DNA of 64,000 bases from Guillardia theta CCMP2712 (Eukaryota > Protista > Cryptophyta). Position numbers and translations under genes: made by a program. The notes under the pieces were generated by a model, which saw nothing but the letters and a program-made list of their open reading frames with translations, did no database searches and had not been told where the DNA came from. Location: assembly GCF_000315625.1 (NCBI RefSeq), contig NW_005434639.1, positions 594,134 through 658,133 of the forward strand, in the 5' to 3' direction. Below, piece after piece: positions 14,401 through 29,429 of this stretch; position 1 is the stretch's first letter; each line of letters starts with the position of its first letter.

Positions 14401-16192
14401 GGCCTCCTTGTTCTCCCAGTCCCAGAGGGCGTCCGACATCCTCCGAGGGTTCGAGGATCGAGCTCGTTGCAGCGACGTGACTACAGTGAAGCTGCGATGT
14501 ACCCTCGGGCATTGCAGACTTCAGATCCCCAAGTCGGTCAAGGAGGTACTTGGCTTGCGCCCTCGTCTTTCTCCACTCTCCTCCCACCTCCTCCCTGTTC
14601 GCTCCTCCTCTCCTCCTCTCCTGCCCTTCCTTCCTCCTCCGATGACTTCTTTTGTAGGTTTACCTCGAGTGCGAGGACAACCAACGAGCTCGTCGCAGCT
14701 TCGCCCTGAGGAACTCCGGCTGCTTCCCTGCCTCCGTTCGGCTGTCCATCTCACCAGAGTCAACGAGCTCCATCGTCGTCGAGCCTCGGAAACTTCACAT
14801 CCCAGCAGGGGGCCAGGAGAAAGTCTCCGTCCTCTTCGATCCAGAGGAGGCTAGTCAACTGAAGGCGAACTTACAGCTTAGGATCGAGGAGGACGTTGGG
14901 GTCTACTTCAATGTGCCAGTCAGGGCCCATGCCCTCCCCGCCCGCCAGGAGAAGCCTTCCTCCACTCCTCCCATGAGAGACCCTGCCAACGAGAGGAAAT
15001 CAGCAGCAGACTCTGCCCCTCCCTGCGGCCCCTCGTCGGCTCACAGGTTCTCTCTCCCTCGACAAACGTCCGGTAATGGAGGTCGGTAGCCTCTTACCTG
15101 CTGCTCACTCCACGCAGAAGACTCCTCCTTGTTCCTTGCTAGCTCCTGCTGCGAGCGAGGAAGCTCGTCTTGCGACAAGGAGAGCGTCTCCGTCGGGAGA
15201 CGCGAGCGCAACGGGGCCTCCCGCTCTCCCCTCAGCATCGGCAAACTGTCAAAAGCAGAGACAGAGCTGAGCTCAAAGTCTGGCCCTCGCCCTGGCTGCC
15301 TGCTGTCTCACTGACTTGATTCCAGTGTCACCAAGGTCAACCTCTCCAAGCTCAACGTCTCAGAGTCTCCTGCCTTGCCGGACGTCCAGTCTGCCATCAA
15401 GGCTCTCAAGCAGTTTGCATCTCAGATGGAGCTCTACAGTAGCGGACAGAAGGTCTCGAGAGTGCCGGTTGCCGCTGCGCAGCCTGTCCTGCTAACTGGA
15501 TCGCAGTCCCGACGACAGACGACGACCAGGACAAGCGCCCAGTCCTCTGAGAGGAGGAGAGATCTAGAACAGGAGGTGGAGGTGGAGGTAGAGCAGGAGG
15601 ACTCTTGCCGGGTGCTCCCCTACTCGACGGCAAGGGAAGAAGCCGCACTTCCTCAGCGCACGAGCACGAGGAGCGGAGGGCCGATCATCTCACTCAGTGA
15701 GCATCCGGTCAAGGTGAGCTGAGGCCCAGCTGGGGTCCTCCCGGCACTTCTGACGAGGCCCGCAAACTGCGCAGGTCGGTGAGCCCGCCTCGGGTAAGAG
15801 ATACACGTGGCTGAACTTCCCCAACACACCAGTTGGGGAGGCGTCGGTGGTCAGACTGGCGCTCTGTAATCGGTCGGGCAAGCCAGCGCACCTGGAGATC
15901 AGCGGAGGAAGAGGAGGAAACTTCCTGATCAAGAGTGTCAACGTGGACATCAGGCCAGGTGCGGGGAAGGAGGCGAGAGTCGGGGATGGTGATGACGCTG
16001 ACGAGCTGGTGGTGTCAGAGCATTACCTCATGCTGCCTGTCTACTTCACCCCCAAGGCTCCTGGCAAGGCGCGTGAGAAGCTTTACATCGGTGCTCCTGC
16101 TCTGTGTCTCTCCTCGCTCTGACTTTGATCCCCCAGCATGCCGTGACGTCGCGTTCCGGAGGAAGCTGGTGCTGGCTGGCGAAGGTTTCTAA
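11432..16192 (+). CDS. Large protein with disordered Ser-rich N-terminus and C-terminal ASH/PapD-like domains (Cep192/Spd-2-like)
   Basis: 1141-aa ORF that reads into an intron near 14547. ASH-like motifs LSFRNVCEYPILV..TLQPGQSVDMAVKYHP and LNFPNTPVGEASVVRLALCNRS..HYLMLPVYFTPKAPG. Confidence 0.55.
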
Positions 16193-16656
16193 CTATATCA
16201 TGATTAAGAGTTTGATGTATGAATCAATGAAAACAAGTTCGCAATCCCTGAGATAGCAGCTCGACGTTGCAGCCAAGCAGGATCGGAGAATCTGTCAGAC
16301 TTGGACTGGCCGGATTCAAGCCGTGCAACTCTTCAACGGTTTCAAGTCTTGACACTGCCAGCATGAGTGCCCTGGCACTGTCCGTGGCAGCGGTGCAGCC
16401 TTCAGCCCCGGCGCCGGGCCCCCGGCCGCCCCCGCACACCGAGATCCGAGTGGACAGTGCCACAGACTCCCGCCACTGAAAGCCCGGCCTACTGCTGTCG
16501 GGCCGGGCCGACCGTGTCGCTATCCGACGGTACAGTACGGTACTGGGCCCGGCGCCCGGGCCTGGTCTGTGTCGACGGTGAGGCGGGGTCTTGGTCCGAC
16601 CTACTGGATTCATTCGATTGAAATCGGGGGCCGTACCTCAAAGTGTGGGGGGAAAC

Positions 16657-18603
16657 ATGCCGGTGTCCTCGTCGCTGTTGTCGGCGATGACGATGGTGGC
16701 GATGACGATGGTGGCGATGGCAGGAGGAGCGACACACATGCATGAAGAGAACTCTCCTCCTCTCCTCTCGCATCATACTTTCCCTGCTCGCTCCAGCACA
16801 ACTCCTTCCTGCTTCGTAACAACAGCAATGCGGCAGGGAAGTAACGTCGGGAGGAGGTGTCAGGCTCTGTGCCCAGTGAGAGCAGGGACAAGGACGAGAC
16901 TGAACCGGCCCTGTGCTCTCCGCATGCAGGAGGACGACTACAAGAGCCTTGGGCTTCCAAGCTACGTGGTGGCTGAGATGGAGGGGCTGAGCAAGGAGGA
17001 GAGGGATTCAATCCTCAGATCTGTAGGGTTGAAGGTAGGCAGGAGCAAAACGAGCAAGAGGAAGGAGACTAGCGCGCAGCGAAGGGAGAGGAGAAAGAAG
17101 AGCCAGGCGACCAAGATCGAGGGCCAGGTCGCACCCCAAGAGCAGGAGCCAAGGAAGGAGAAGCAGCGGGAGCAGCGGGAGCAGCAGGCGACGAATGTTC
17201 GGTCCGAGGACAGCTTCTTCTCGGACAACCTCCCTCAAACTCAGCAGGATCTTGACTTCTTGAGGTACTTCACTATACTCTCTTGCAACGTCGCCGTCAG
17301 GAGCAGCGCTGACATGGATGCCGCAGGAGCATCTTCGGGGACACTGTGGGGCAGGGGGGATACGGATCGGAGAACCAGAGCCAGTGGTTGAGAGAGGCTG
17401 CTGTGGAGGAGGAGAAGGAGGAAGAAAAGGAGGCAGAGATTGCTGAAGAGGAGGAGGAGGAGGAGGAGGAGGAGGAGGAGGAGGAGGGCGAAGCACAGGG
17501 GGAGGAGGGAAGCAGCGGGAGGAAGAAAAGGGTCATGGTTTTCCCTGACGAGAACGACATCGATCCGTACAACCCTCAGGTCCAGCTAACGCTCGAGAGC
17601 AAACAACTCTTAGAGGATTTGACCCATCATGTCAACAGACGTTCGGCTACACTCTGCTGGGGTACGTGCAGGGAGCTCATGGAGTTCGCGGGGAGTTCAA
17701 GATGAACTGTGAAGGTGAGGAGGAGGAAAGAGCAGATGGGAGAGATGAGAGAAGAAGAAGAAGAAGAACATGATGATGATGGAGATGATGATGATGGAGA
17801 TGATGATGGAGATGATGATGATGATGATGATGATGGAGATGATGATGATGGAAATGAAAAAACGACTTGTCCATGACCATGTCTCAAAGGGATGAGCGAT
17901 TCTCCCGACAGAAGAATCAAACAGGGAGCAAGCATCTTCATGCAGGTGAAGTTTGTGCCTGTTTCCTCCCAGCTGAACAGCTGGAAGCTACCGGGACGAC
18001 GCGCCCCTCGACCATGGAAATGCGTCTCGTCGAGGCCAGGTAGGAGGGAAAGTTTTCCAGCCTATCTTTCTCTTCTCTCACCTATCCTCTCCTTTCCTGT
18101 TCCATTCAGTCCTGTCCTGTCCTCCCTCCTTCTCCTCAGTCCTTCGTGCTGTTCTTCCTTCATCTCCTCCTCATCCTCCCCTTCGTCCTCCACCACCACC
18201 TCCACTTCGCTCTCCCCCTCCCCAATCCAGCTCCTTCACCAATTTCCCCTTGCGTTCTCCCGCCTCTCCTTCCATTTCTCCCTCTCCCTCTGTTACCTCC
18301 CTCCTCCTTCCTTCTCGTCCTGACGGCAGACCAGGCACCAAACCTCTCATCAGGATAGTGAAAGTGAAGAAGGTCAGAAGGCAAAGGAGCAAGGCGAAGG
18401 CCCTTACCATTGGCAGGTCAATACAAGGGAAGAAGCAAGTAAACTGCGGGGATCGAAGGTGCAGGAGCGGGAGGAGCAGCGATGGAGATGATGGAGATGA
18501 TGATGATGGAGATGATGATGATGATGGAGATGATGATGATGATGATGATGATGGAGATGATGATGATGATGGAGATGATGATGATGATGGAGATGATGAT
18601 GGA

Positions 18604-18639
<36 letters not shown>

Positions 18640-19683
18640 AATGGAGATGATCATGCTCATGCTCATGATGATGATGATGAGGAGGAGGAGGAGTAACGGG
18701 TCAGAGCAGGTCTATGTGCGGGACATGGACCTTGAGGAGCACTCGAGGTGGCAGATGAGCTGGTGGAGGAGCGAAGTGACGATGATGTAGAAATGCTGAA
18801 GCGAAGGAGGAGGAGTGGGAGCAGAAGATGGTATGTGAGGAGGGAGGAGGGAGGAGGGAGGAGGGAGGAGGGAGGAGGGGGGAGGGAGGATGAGGGAGGA
18901 GAAGGGGGGAGGGAGAGGGGAGGAAGGCGGAGGGAGGGAGGAGAGTTCTCTTACGCTCCTCAGGAATTTTTCGTTGACGAGCTGGTCGGCCTCAAGGCCA
19001 TTCTCCCGCAAGAAGGTGAAGAAAGACTCCAGCTGGTGCTTAGCTGGGGGAGTGATGTCCCTGGTAGACATGCGCGTGCTGGGGGAGGTGGTGGGGGTCG
19101 TGACAAGGGACGAGATCTGCTCCTTGGACGGGTTGGGTCAAGACCTGCTGGAGGTGAAGGAGGGGAAGCAACTGGGCTTCACCTCAACCTCCCTCCTCCT
19201 TCCCCCATCTCCTCCTCCTCCTCCTCCTCCNNNNNNNNNNNNNNNNNNNNNNNNNNNNNNNNNNNNNNNNNNNNNNNNNNNNNNNNNNNNNNNNNNNNNN
19301 NNNNNNNNNNNNNNNNNNNNNNNNNNNNNNACACCAGTCGCCTTTCCCATCCCCATCGCTCTCCTCCTCGCATGCGAATCTGTTCTTTCTGCTCACTCTC
19401 GCTATTTCAGATTCGATTTGGTGATTCATCAGTGGAGTATGTGGACGACGACAAAGCTCTTCGAGTACATCTNNNNNNNNNNNNNNNNNNNNNNNNNNNN
19501 NNNNNNNNNNNNNNNNNNNNNNNNNNNNNNNNNNNNNNNNNNNNNNNNNNNNNNNNNNNNNNNNNNNNNNNNCATATCCCTGCGGATGCTCGGATGAGGA
19601 GAAGGCAAAGGAGGAGGAGGAGGAGGAGGAGGAGGAGGAGAAGGAGAAGGGAGGAGCAGCACGCAACACCTGAGAGCGACTGA
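16657..19683 (+). CDS. rimM: Ribosome maturation factor RimM-like protein, probably plastid-targeted; multi-exon, spans two N gaps
   Basis: LLGYVQGAHGVRGEFK (RimM N-terminal motif), FFVDELVGLKA, VLGEVVGV..GQDLLEV and VEYVDDD..LRV (PRC barrel). Hydrophobic plus Arg/Ser-rich N-terminal presequence. Confidence 0.7.
17772..17850. repeat. Intronic (GAT/GGA)n microsatellite
   Basis: Direct observation; a longer (GAT)n tract lies at 18481-18680. Confidence 0.9.
19231..19572. other. Two 100-N assembly gaps (19231-19330 and 19473-19572)
   Basis: Runs of n; the first directly follows a (TCC)n tract. Confidence 0.99.
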
Positions 19684-19749
19684 GGGGAAGAAGGGAGGGA
19701 GGAGGAGGAGGAGGGAGGAGGAAGAGGATACCTTGAATCGACCGTCTCT

Positions 19750-22228
19750 CATTCCCATCCGCATCCCAACGACCCCCGAAAGTCGGCAATGGCCTGAGCC
19801 AGAGTGAATGAAAGGTGCAAAGGAGGAGGAGGGGAAGAGAGGAGGAGGGAAAATCACGGCAGAGCGCAGAAGTCAAGGAGATGCGGAGGAAGTCAGAGAC
19901 GGCAAGGGGGAGAACGAGAAGAACAATCAGCAGGAGGAGGGAGATCGAGAGGGAGAAGGGGGGAAGAGGAGAGGGAGAAGGAGGAGGGAAGTGACATGGA
20001 GGAAGGGGAGGGAGAGAGGGAAGAAGGGGAAGAGGAGGGACGGGGAGGCCAGACCTCTTCGATGTCCCTCTTGTCGGCACCAAGGGGGATTTTCCCGATG
20101 AAAATGCTATTGACCTGAGAATGAAGAAAGAACATGAGGAGGTAGAAGAAGAGAGACGAGAAGAGTGGGGAGGGAGGGAAGGAGGGAGGACAAGAAGGCA
20201 TGGACGGTGAGGCGGGCGAAGAGAAAGACATGAATGCAAGAGAGAGAGACGCCGACGACAGGAGGGAACAGGAGGAGGAGGACATGGAGAAGGAGGAGAA
20301 GAACAAGGAGAAGGACACAAAGGAGGAGGAGGAGGAGGAGGAGGAGGACACAAGAGGAGGAGGAGGAGGAGGAAGGAGATAGATCTAACATCATCCTCTC
20401 ACCTTGGAGTTTCTCGGCGAAGAGAACCTCGGGTTCTGTCTCTCCCTCATGCCCGACGGCCGACGTTCGGGTTTGATCCCTTGACCCTCCGTTACCTGCG
20501 AGCAGTTGAGCCAAGTGGATTGTGGAAGAGGAGGAAGAGGAAGAAACGGATGGAGAGCAGAAAGAGGAGGGAGGGGAGGGGGAGAGAGCTGGTGGTGGTG
20601 GTGGTGGTGGTGGTGGTGGTGGTGGTGGTGGTGGTGGAGGAGGAGGAGGAGGTGGTGGTGGTGGTGGTGGTGGTGGAGGAGGAGGAGGAGGAGGAGGAGA
20701 AGGAGGTTGTGCTGGTGGTGCAGGAGGAGGACCATTCTCATAGCCTGTCGTGCTGGACGAGACCATGGCGGATAGATCTCGATGGTTCTGATAGAAATAT
20801 ATTGTCAGTAAGCTGAAGGAAGATCATGTTGGTACAAGAAGAATGTGATGTGATGTGATGTGATGTGATGTGATGTGATGTGATGTGATGTGATGTGATG
20901 TGACGGGTTGAGATCGACAAGGGGAGGGAGGAGGGAGGAACGGGAGGGGCGAGAGAAGCGGAGGAGAAGAGCAGACAGTAGCAGTCAAAGTCGACCAACC
21001 TGTCAAGAATCGTCTGGTTGCCGAGCTTGAGAGCTTCTGACGCGCTCAATCTAATCCGAATGATGTCAACGAGTGTTACGACAGAGAAGTTCAACAAAGG
21101 AGGAGGATGATGGAGGAGGTTGGAAAGCAGGATGGAGGGGGAAGAGGATGGAGGAGTGTGATAGTGGTGGTGGTTGTGGTTGTGGTGGAGCAGGAGGGAT
21201 GGAGGAGGCAGAAGGAGGAGGAGGATGGAGCAGGAGCAGGAGGATCAGGAGCACAGACTTGTCTTCAAAGGTGACCCATGCTCTCCCAGACGCCTTTCCT
21301 CCCATGAACATTCCTTCGATCTTCGTCACGGTCCCGCACTGAGACTCGAAGAAGTCCACGAGGTCGAGCGGACGAGCCTTAAAGGAAATGCCGCGCACGA
21401 AGATCTGACTGACTGTCAGGCACAAACTCCTCCTCCCTCCTCTTCTCCTCCCTCTCCTCCTCCCTCCTCTTTTCCGCTCTGCCAACCTGATCCGTGTCAA
21501 GCTCAGCAAACTTCGCATCATCCTCCTCCTCACTCTCCTCCTGCTCAACATGATTCAACCGTCTACCTCTCCCAACAAGAGACCACCTGTTCTCCGCTGT
21601 CTTCCTCCACCCCCGAGCTCTTGACCTCAGTCTCCCCCTCTTCTCCATATGCTTGTGCTCCCCAGCTCTGATCCTCGTCAGATTCCGCCAGCACAGCAGC
21701 GAGGTGAGGATCCGGGATCTTCAGCTCTGCTCCTTCCTCCTCCTCCTCCATCGCCTTGGCAAGTCTCTCCTGCAGCTCCGCCTTCACCCCGCTAGTCTTG
21801 AGGCCCCTGCTCTTGAGCTCGTTCTTGAGTTTTGTCACCGTCATGGAGCTGAGGTCCATCGTCCCCCCGCTGCTCATCCCCGCCGTCTCCCCTCCTCCCT
21901 CCTGCCTCTCTCCATCCTCCTCACTTGAGCTCAAGGTGGAGCTCGCTCCTTCCCCGGCTATGCTGGAGATCCGTTCGATCAGCTCTGCCTTCTTCATCCT
22001 ACTGGTCGGCTGCTCCCCCAGCGTCACTAGCTTCTCCTTCAGCTGTGCCACCGTGAGCTTGTTGAGCTCCGTCATGTCAGAGCTCATGCACTTGAGGAGC
22101 ACAGCTTGTGGCGGCCTCCTGCATGCCGTCGTCCGGAGTGGAAGAGATGTTCTCGCCCATGGCAGGTTGAAAGATTCGGAGAGTCCGAGGAAGCCCAGGA
22201 CAAGCAAGAGGAAGGGAATGGTCGACAT
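19750..22228 (-). CDS. Probably plastid-targeted nucleic-acid-binding protein: two HeH/SAP-type motifs plus RRM domains
   Basis: Signal peptide MSTIPFLLLVLGFLGLSES|F. Motifs LNKLTVAQLKEKL..KKAELIERI and LSSMTVTKLKNELKSRGLKTSGVKAELQERL (SAP). RRM IFVRGISF..GRAWVTF; second RRM begins SIFIGKIP. 3' end approximate. Confidence 0.7.
20844..20902. repeat. (GTGAT)n pentanucleotide microsatellite in intron
   Basis: Direct observation. Confidence 0.95.
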
Positions 22229-23221
22229 CCTCTGCCTAGAGGATTCGGACGAAGTAGAAGATGAGAGAGAAGCGGCGAGGTAGGCAGCCATTCGGTCTAG
22301 AGTGAACTAGCGGGGATGGAGCCAGCAGGGTACAGAGGGCAGACGAGGGAGCGAGAGTATGTGAGAGCTCTTGAGAGGACGGAGGGGAGGACTGAGGGGT
22401 GGTGGACAAGAAACGAGTAGAGAAGGGTGGTGGTTGGTGGGCCGAGGAAGGGTCGGGGGCTCAGGATCCTCTCGCTCACGCTTCGAGCATGGCGGCCGAC
22501 GCCATGGGGGCTGCCTTGTCTACAGAGGGTGGGTAGGGGTGGTGGAGAACCCTGCAAATCGTAAGGGTACTATTAGATGGCCTCATATCGCCGGTGGGGG
22601 TGGTCAATCCAGTATGGGGTAGTTGAAGAGGGGGTGGGGTATCCCGTAATGTAACGGGCCATCCCTCCATTTTCCTTGAACTAAACTCTTCAAACTAAAC
22701 TCAAATTTACCACCTACCCCCATTTCCTGTTTTATCAAATGTCACCCTGTGTGACTACCCCCTGCGGTGAAGTACCCCCATTTATCAATACAAATATACG
22801 GGTACTAGTTGTTTTGGATTGCCTCATCCCCTCCTGGGCCCATTTCTAAAGGCGTCTGTTCTATTTCCGGAGAAGGGCGACAATGCCGCGAGCGGAGGAC
22901 GGGAGCAGTGCCGCTTATGGCGCGTTCAGCACGCAAGATATCGAGGTGAAGATGGCATAATCTGATTGATAATGTTGTAGAGATGCAGATTCTGAGGTTT
23001 GTGAGGTTGCTCTTGTGACATCTATTGTGTGAGAAGCAGTAGAAGTAATGTTGTTAAGATGTGCAACGAATGATAGATGCGCTGTGTGTAGTGGGAAGCA
23101 GACTTTGGTGTTGTTCTGTCCATGAATTGAATATAAGGTGATATTTGGTTTTTTTTTCGATCTATGTCTCTTGATTCTTCTGTAATTCTGGTTTCTCTGC
23201 TGATTCTCTGATGACTTGTCC

Positions 23222-24667
23222 ATGTCTCGTCAAGTTGAATTTGGTGTTTGCATGATCTTCGTTTCTTTCTTCCCATCCTTTCTTTCCATCTTGACGCATG
23301 CACAATAGGCTTTTGGAGCTGTAGCTCCCAAGGCTCCCGCCGCAGACCGCAGATTTCGTGCTGTGTTGTCTGCAGCTTTCGTTGCCATGGCTCTTACCGC
23401 AGTCATCCTGGTCGCGACTTCGTCGTCCCGGGAAAACGTCGAGGCCGCACAGTGGACAGAGTTTGTAGACCCTGAGAGAGTTGCACTTGCCCAGGCCCTC
23501 ATGCGAGGCAACAGCGCCTTGAGGTGGGTCCCTGACCTCTCTGATCGCCTGTGTCTCACTCATGCTGTGCAGAACTGCTATCACCACAAAGCTTCAAGAG
23601 GTTGCTCCTGCTGCTGCTGTTCCCCCAGTTGGCGGACCAGGTTCAGGAGCTCCTGTCACTGCCCCGGAGGCTCCTGCTGGAGGTGATGGGTCAGGCTCCG
23701 GACCAGCTGCTCCAGCTGTAAGAATTCAAATGCATTACATGCTCCATCTGACATTTCGGGTCAAACAGGGAGCTCAGCCCGTGCAGGAGCCAGGCTTCGT
23801 GATCGCCACCACTGATGACTCTGCTCCTCCTCCTGTACGTCAATGCTCTGCTTGATGCTTCTTGACGTAGGGCTGTAGGTTGCGGAAGGAACCACTTTCC
23901 ACCACATCAAGAACTTTGCCGGCACTGAGCAGATGATGAACAACGGTGAGGTTGCCGCCCAGGGTGCTGGAGCAGACTTCCAGAATGGAGAGGTGAGGAA
24001 CGACTTGTACAGTAAGCAGCGTGCTGACTAGGAGCATCAGGTTGTCGGGGCAGGCGTGCATGTGGCCAGCGGAATCGGCTCAGGAGATGGCGTTACCGTC
24101 GGATCCGGAGTGATCAATGGACAAGGAGTCACCGTCGGCTCTGGAGAAGGCATGGGCACCGGCATGTTCGCAGGATCCGGCGAGGGAACCGGTATGATGG
24201 TGGGCGTCGGATCCGGCGTTGGCTCTGGCCACATGATCACGGTAGGAGACGGATTTGTAGAAGGAAAGGGAATTCTGGAGAACTACGAGGGTCACGACAT
24301 GTTCATCGTCTCTGGGTCTGGATCAGGGACTGGCATCAGTGTGACCGACGGGTATGGCTCGGGAACCATGCTCAACATTGGCAACGGCGAAGGATCAGGA
24401 ACCAACGTGGTGGTGGGAGACGGCCACGTTTCTGGATCGGACATTGCTGGAGAGAATGGCGAGCTCTCAGGGGTCGACCTGACAGCGGGACACGGTGAGT
24501 CTCCTCTGCCTCGATCCGATGGAGACTGACCTCTGTCCTCTCTTGTCGCAGGTGAGGGATCGGGAAGTGACGTGTCGGTAGCCAACGGGACTGGAAGCGG
24601 CAGCTCTGTCTTCGTGGGCTCGGGATCCGGAGAAGGAACTGGATTCCTGGTTGGCGACTCTGCGTAG
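23222..24667 (+). CDS. Membrane-anchored or secreted Gly/Ser-rich repeat protein
   Basis: Signal-anchor AVLSAAFVAMALTAVILVATSS, a Pro/Ala linker, then ~12-aa repeats such as GSGEGMGTGMFA, GSGEGTGMMVGV and GNGEGSGTNVVV. Confidence 0.6.
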
Positions 24668-25173
24668 AAGGGGCAAGGAAGCTATCCCAACATCTCTATC
24701 TTAGTGTATCGGAGCCATGTCTGTATGCCTTTCACTGAAACTGTTTTTTGACTACCACGAGCCTCTGAGGCTCGCAGAGGGACTTCTAGTTTGTTATAAT
24801 GAAATATGCTTATCCTTCATGCACTCATTGTGTACAACTGCTTCGAATTACACGTTCTTGGTCGTCAAATCTTTTGTGGCTGATGTGTTTCTCAGGGATA
24901 AATAGCTGATTAACTATTTACGCTAGATAAGATCTTCTCTCATCATCACTGCTTAAACATCCTCCCTTCGTGTTCATTTCACTGTCTTGTGTTGCAACCT
25001 TCTTCCTCCTTGCGTGTTGTTCTTCTTCAGCGTTCCAACTCTTTACGGACGAGGAACGATACACCAGTGTGAAGTGATGGGAACGAAAACACATCAGACC
25101 TCGTCACCTTACTTGTCTCGATTTTACTGAAGAACCCCCGAAAATTTTACACGCATTCAAGATATCGGCATCT

Positions 25174-27258
<2,085 letters not shown>

Positions 27259-27949
27259 TTAGAGCGAACAATGGGGGTCTAATAATATTGACGGGGGTAA
27301 GGGGTACTTGCCGTACCCCTGGTACGCTATAATAGAACACATTATCTGGGTTGGGGTAGTCTACCACCCTTTCATTTAGTACTAAATAGAATATGGAGGG
27401 GTAGTTTTCTAGCACATAAAGTGGGTAGTTGGCTGCATATTTTTGTGGAAAGAAGAGAGCTCTTTGCTTCCGTAAGCTGATTCTGCATGGTAGGGTACAT
27501 GACAATTTGGTGGGGGTACCATGGGTTAGGGGTAGGGTCTAACATCATGGATGGGGGTGGACAGGTCACAGCAGACGTTCTGGAACACGTGAGGGGGGAG
27601 GAGGGTTCTATGATTATAGTGGGTAGGGGTAGTTACCACTACCCCCTTTAACAACGCAAACTTGGTAGCAAAGTACCCCACAGGACCCTACGGCGTTCTC
27701 TAACTTCCAAATCCGTCCGGGGCGTAAGGGGGTCGATGCAATGTTATTGCTCTCGGAAAGAATGTCTAGAGCAAGTGGTGGGGTACTTTGACGTAGAGCA
27801 AGTGGTGGGGTACTTTGACCACCGGTGTGTTTTGATATCCCAAGACGGGGTGTATCACTCTTGTGAAAGACCTAGGAATAGTACCCGTACTACCCTTGGT
27901 TGCATCCATTGAAGCAGGGGTGCAATAGGACGTCCGTCCTCCCTTATAC

Positions 27950-28560
27950 CCACCCCGGCGAGCTGCGAAGGCCCGGTCGGAGACTCAGTGATACTGATAA
28001 CTGATAGTACGGCCGGGCGGCGGCATGACGAAAGTTGATTGGAAAATGACTACTCCAAAAATTTGTTGATTGGAAACTTGATGATTGCCCGTGACGATGC
28101 CCGGCCGCAGTCCCGCCGCGGCCACCGCCCAGCCATGGTTGGGAGTGGGAGGCAGCCTGCCGCACTGCCCAGGGCCGGCACCCCGGCGGAGTCGGCGGCG
28201 CCGTGACTCGTGACCGTGGTACCGTACGGTAGTACCGCCCGGCGTAATGGCGCGGCCGCGTGCGCGTGAGCCCGCGGCGTGACCGTCACAGCCTGGCGGC
28301 CGGCAGTGCGGCGGCCGTCCGACCGGGGCGGCCCGGTCCGACTCAGTGCAGTGCGCCCGGCCGGCGCGCGCCGGCCCGGCCGGACCCATGGCCCGTCAGG
28401 GGCGGCGGCGTCCGACCGGACTTGCACTGCCACCGTGACGCGGCCGTAGTAGGCCGCTCGAACCGTCACGGCCGGGCGTACCCCGGCCCGGTCCGATCCG
28501 CCGGCGGCCGCCGCGGTGAGCGGCCAACTCACTGAGCAAGCCGGGGGGCCCGGTACACCG
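27950..28560. repeat. GC/CpG-rich intergenic island
   Basis: Very high GC with CCGG/GGCC-dense words, flanked by GGGGTA/TACCCC-rich DNA. Confidence 0.5.
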
Positions 28561-28646
28561 TGGCAAACTTTGACAAGAAGATATGACTGTGATTACTTTT
28601 TTTCTAGTACAAGCAAAAACCACACGTTAGCTCTACAAGTCTAGTT

Positions 28647-29429
28647 TCAAAACTTGGAAGTCAATTTGTTCTTGCAGAATTTCTCTATCCTGGAGATCGC
28701 AGATCGCTCGAACTCAGGAGGTCGATCCCAATCCAGCGTTAACTCACCAAACTCCTGCTGGTCCCCAAGTGTGATAGCAAGCTCGTTCAGTGTGAACTCA
28801 GGTCCGCCTGATGGTGCACAATGCTCGGACAGGCCCAAGAATCGCGGATTTTCCTCCTCGGAGGGTTGGAAAGACGGCCCTGAAGCTATCGAGAGCGCTG
28901 CCCCATCACCGTGCAGGGAGCTGATTGTGTCAGTCACAAAGTCACACAGCATTGCCTCCTCCAGTTCCAGTTTCTTGAATTCGTGAAAAAGATTGATGAA
29001 ATTCGACTCATCTGCGTAGACCAGCGCTGAAACATCTTTGCATGCGATGCAAATGAATGGAAAGGCTGATGAGTCAGCAACAAAGCTTGTCCACGATGTT
29101 TGTTCATCATCCTGCTGCATCATACATATTGAGAATTTTTGTTGCCTTCGAGCTTGCATATATTCATAGAAATTTTGCAGTTCTTCTTCCGTATCGCTCG
29201 TGTAATGTGCCAGTACTCTTTCTAGATTCGTGTTAACCGATCCATGCAGCTTCTGCTTGAACAACTCATCACTATTTGCTGATGCATACACAATCCTGTT
29301 GAGTTCCGCAACATTGATGACCAGGAGACTTGAAGTTTGCAAGAGATAACGGTCGACGAGTTTACCGAAGGCTGGCGAGAGGGAGCTCTGAGGCGAACGA
29401 GTCTGTGCCGGTGCGGTCTCGATCTCCAT
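28647..29429 (-). CDS. Hypothetical protein (260 aa, apparently single exon)
   Basis: ATG-initiated ORF of ordinary globular composition; no family recognised. Confidence 0.55.
   Translation of the reverse strand: MEIETAPAQTRSPQSSLSPAFGKLVDRYLLQTSSLLVINVAELNRIVYASANSDELFKQKLHGSVNTNLERVLAHYTSDTEEELQNFYEYMQARRQQKFSICMMQQDDEQTSWTSFVADSSAFPFICIACKDVSALVYADESNFINLFHEFKKLELEEAMLCDFVTDTISSLHGDGAALSIASGPSFQPSEEENPRFLGLSEHCAPSGGPEFTLNELAITLGDQQEFGELTLDWDRPPEFERSAISRIEKFCKNKLTSKF

Noticed and set aside
18146-21100. Many poly-M, W, H, P, G and I ORFs
   Set aside because: Translations of intronic microsatellites, some crossing N gaps.
27767-27819. ~26-bp tandem duplication (TAGAGCAAGTGGTGGGGTACTTTGAC x2)
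   Set aside because: Isolated two-copy slippage with no further structure.
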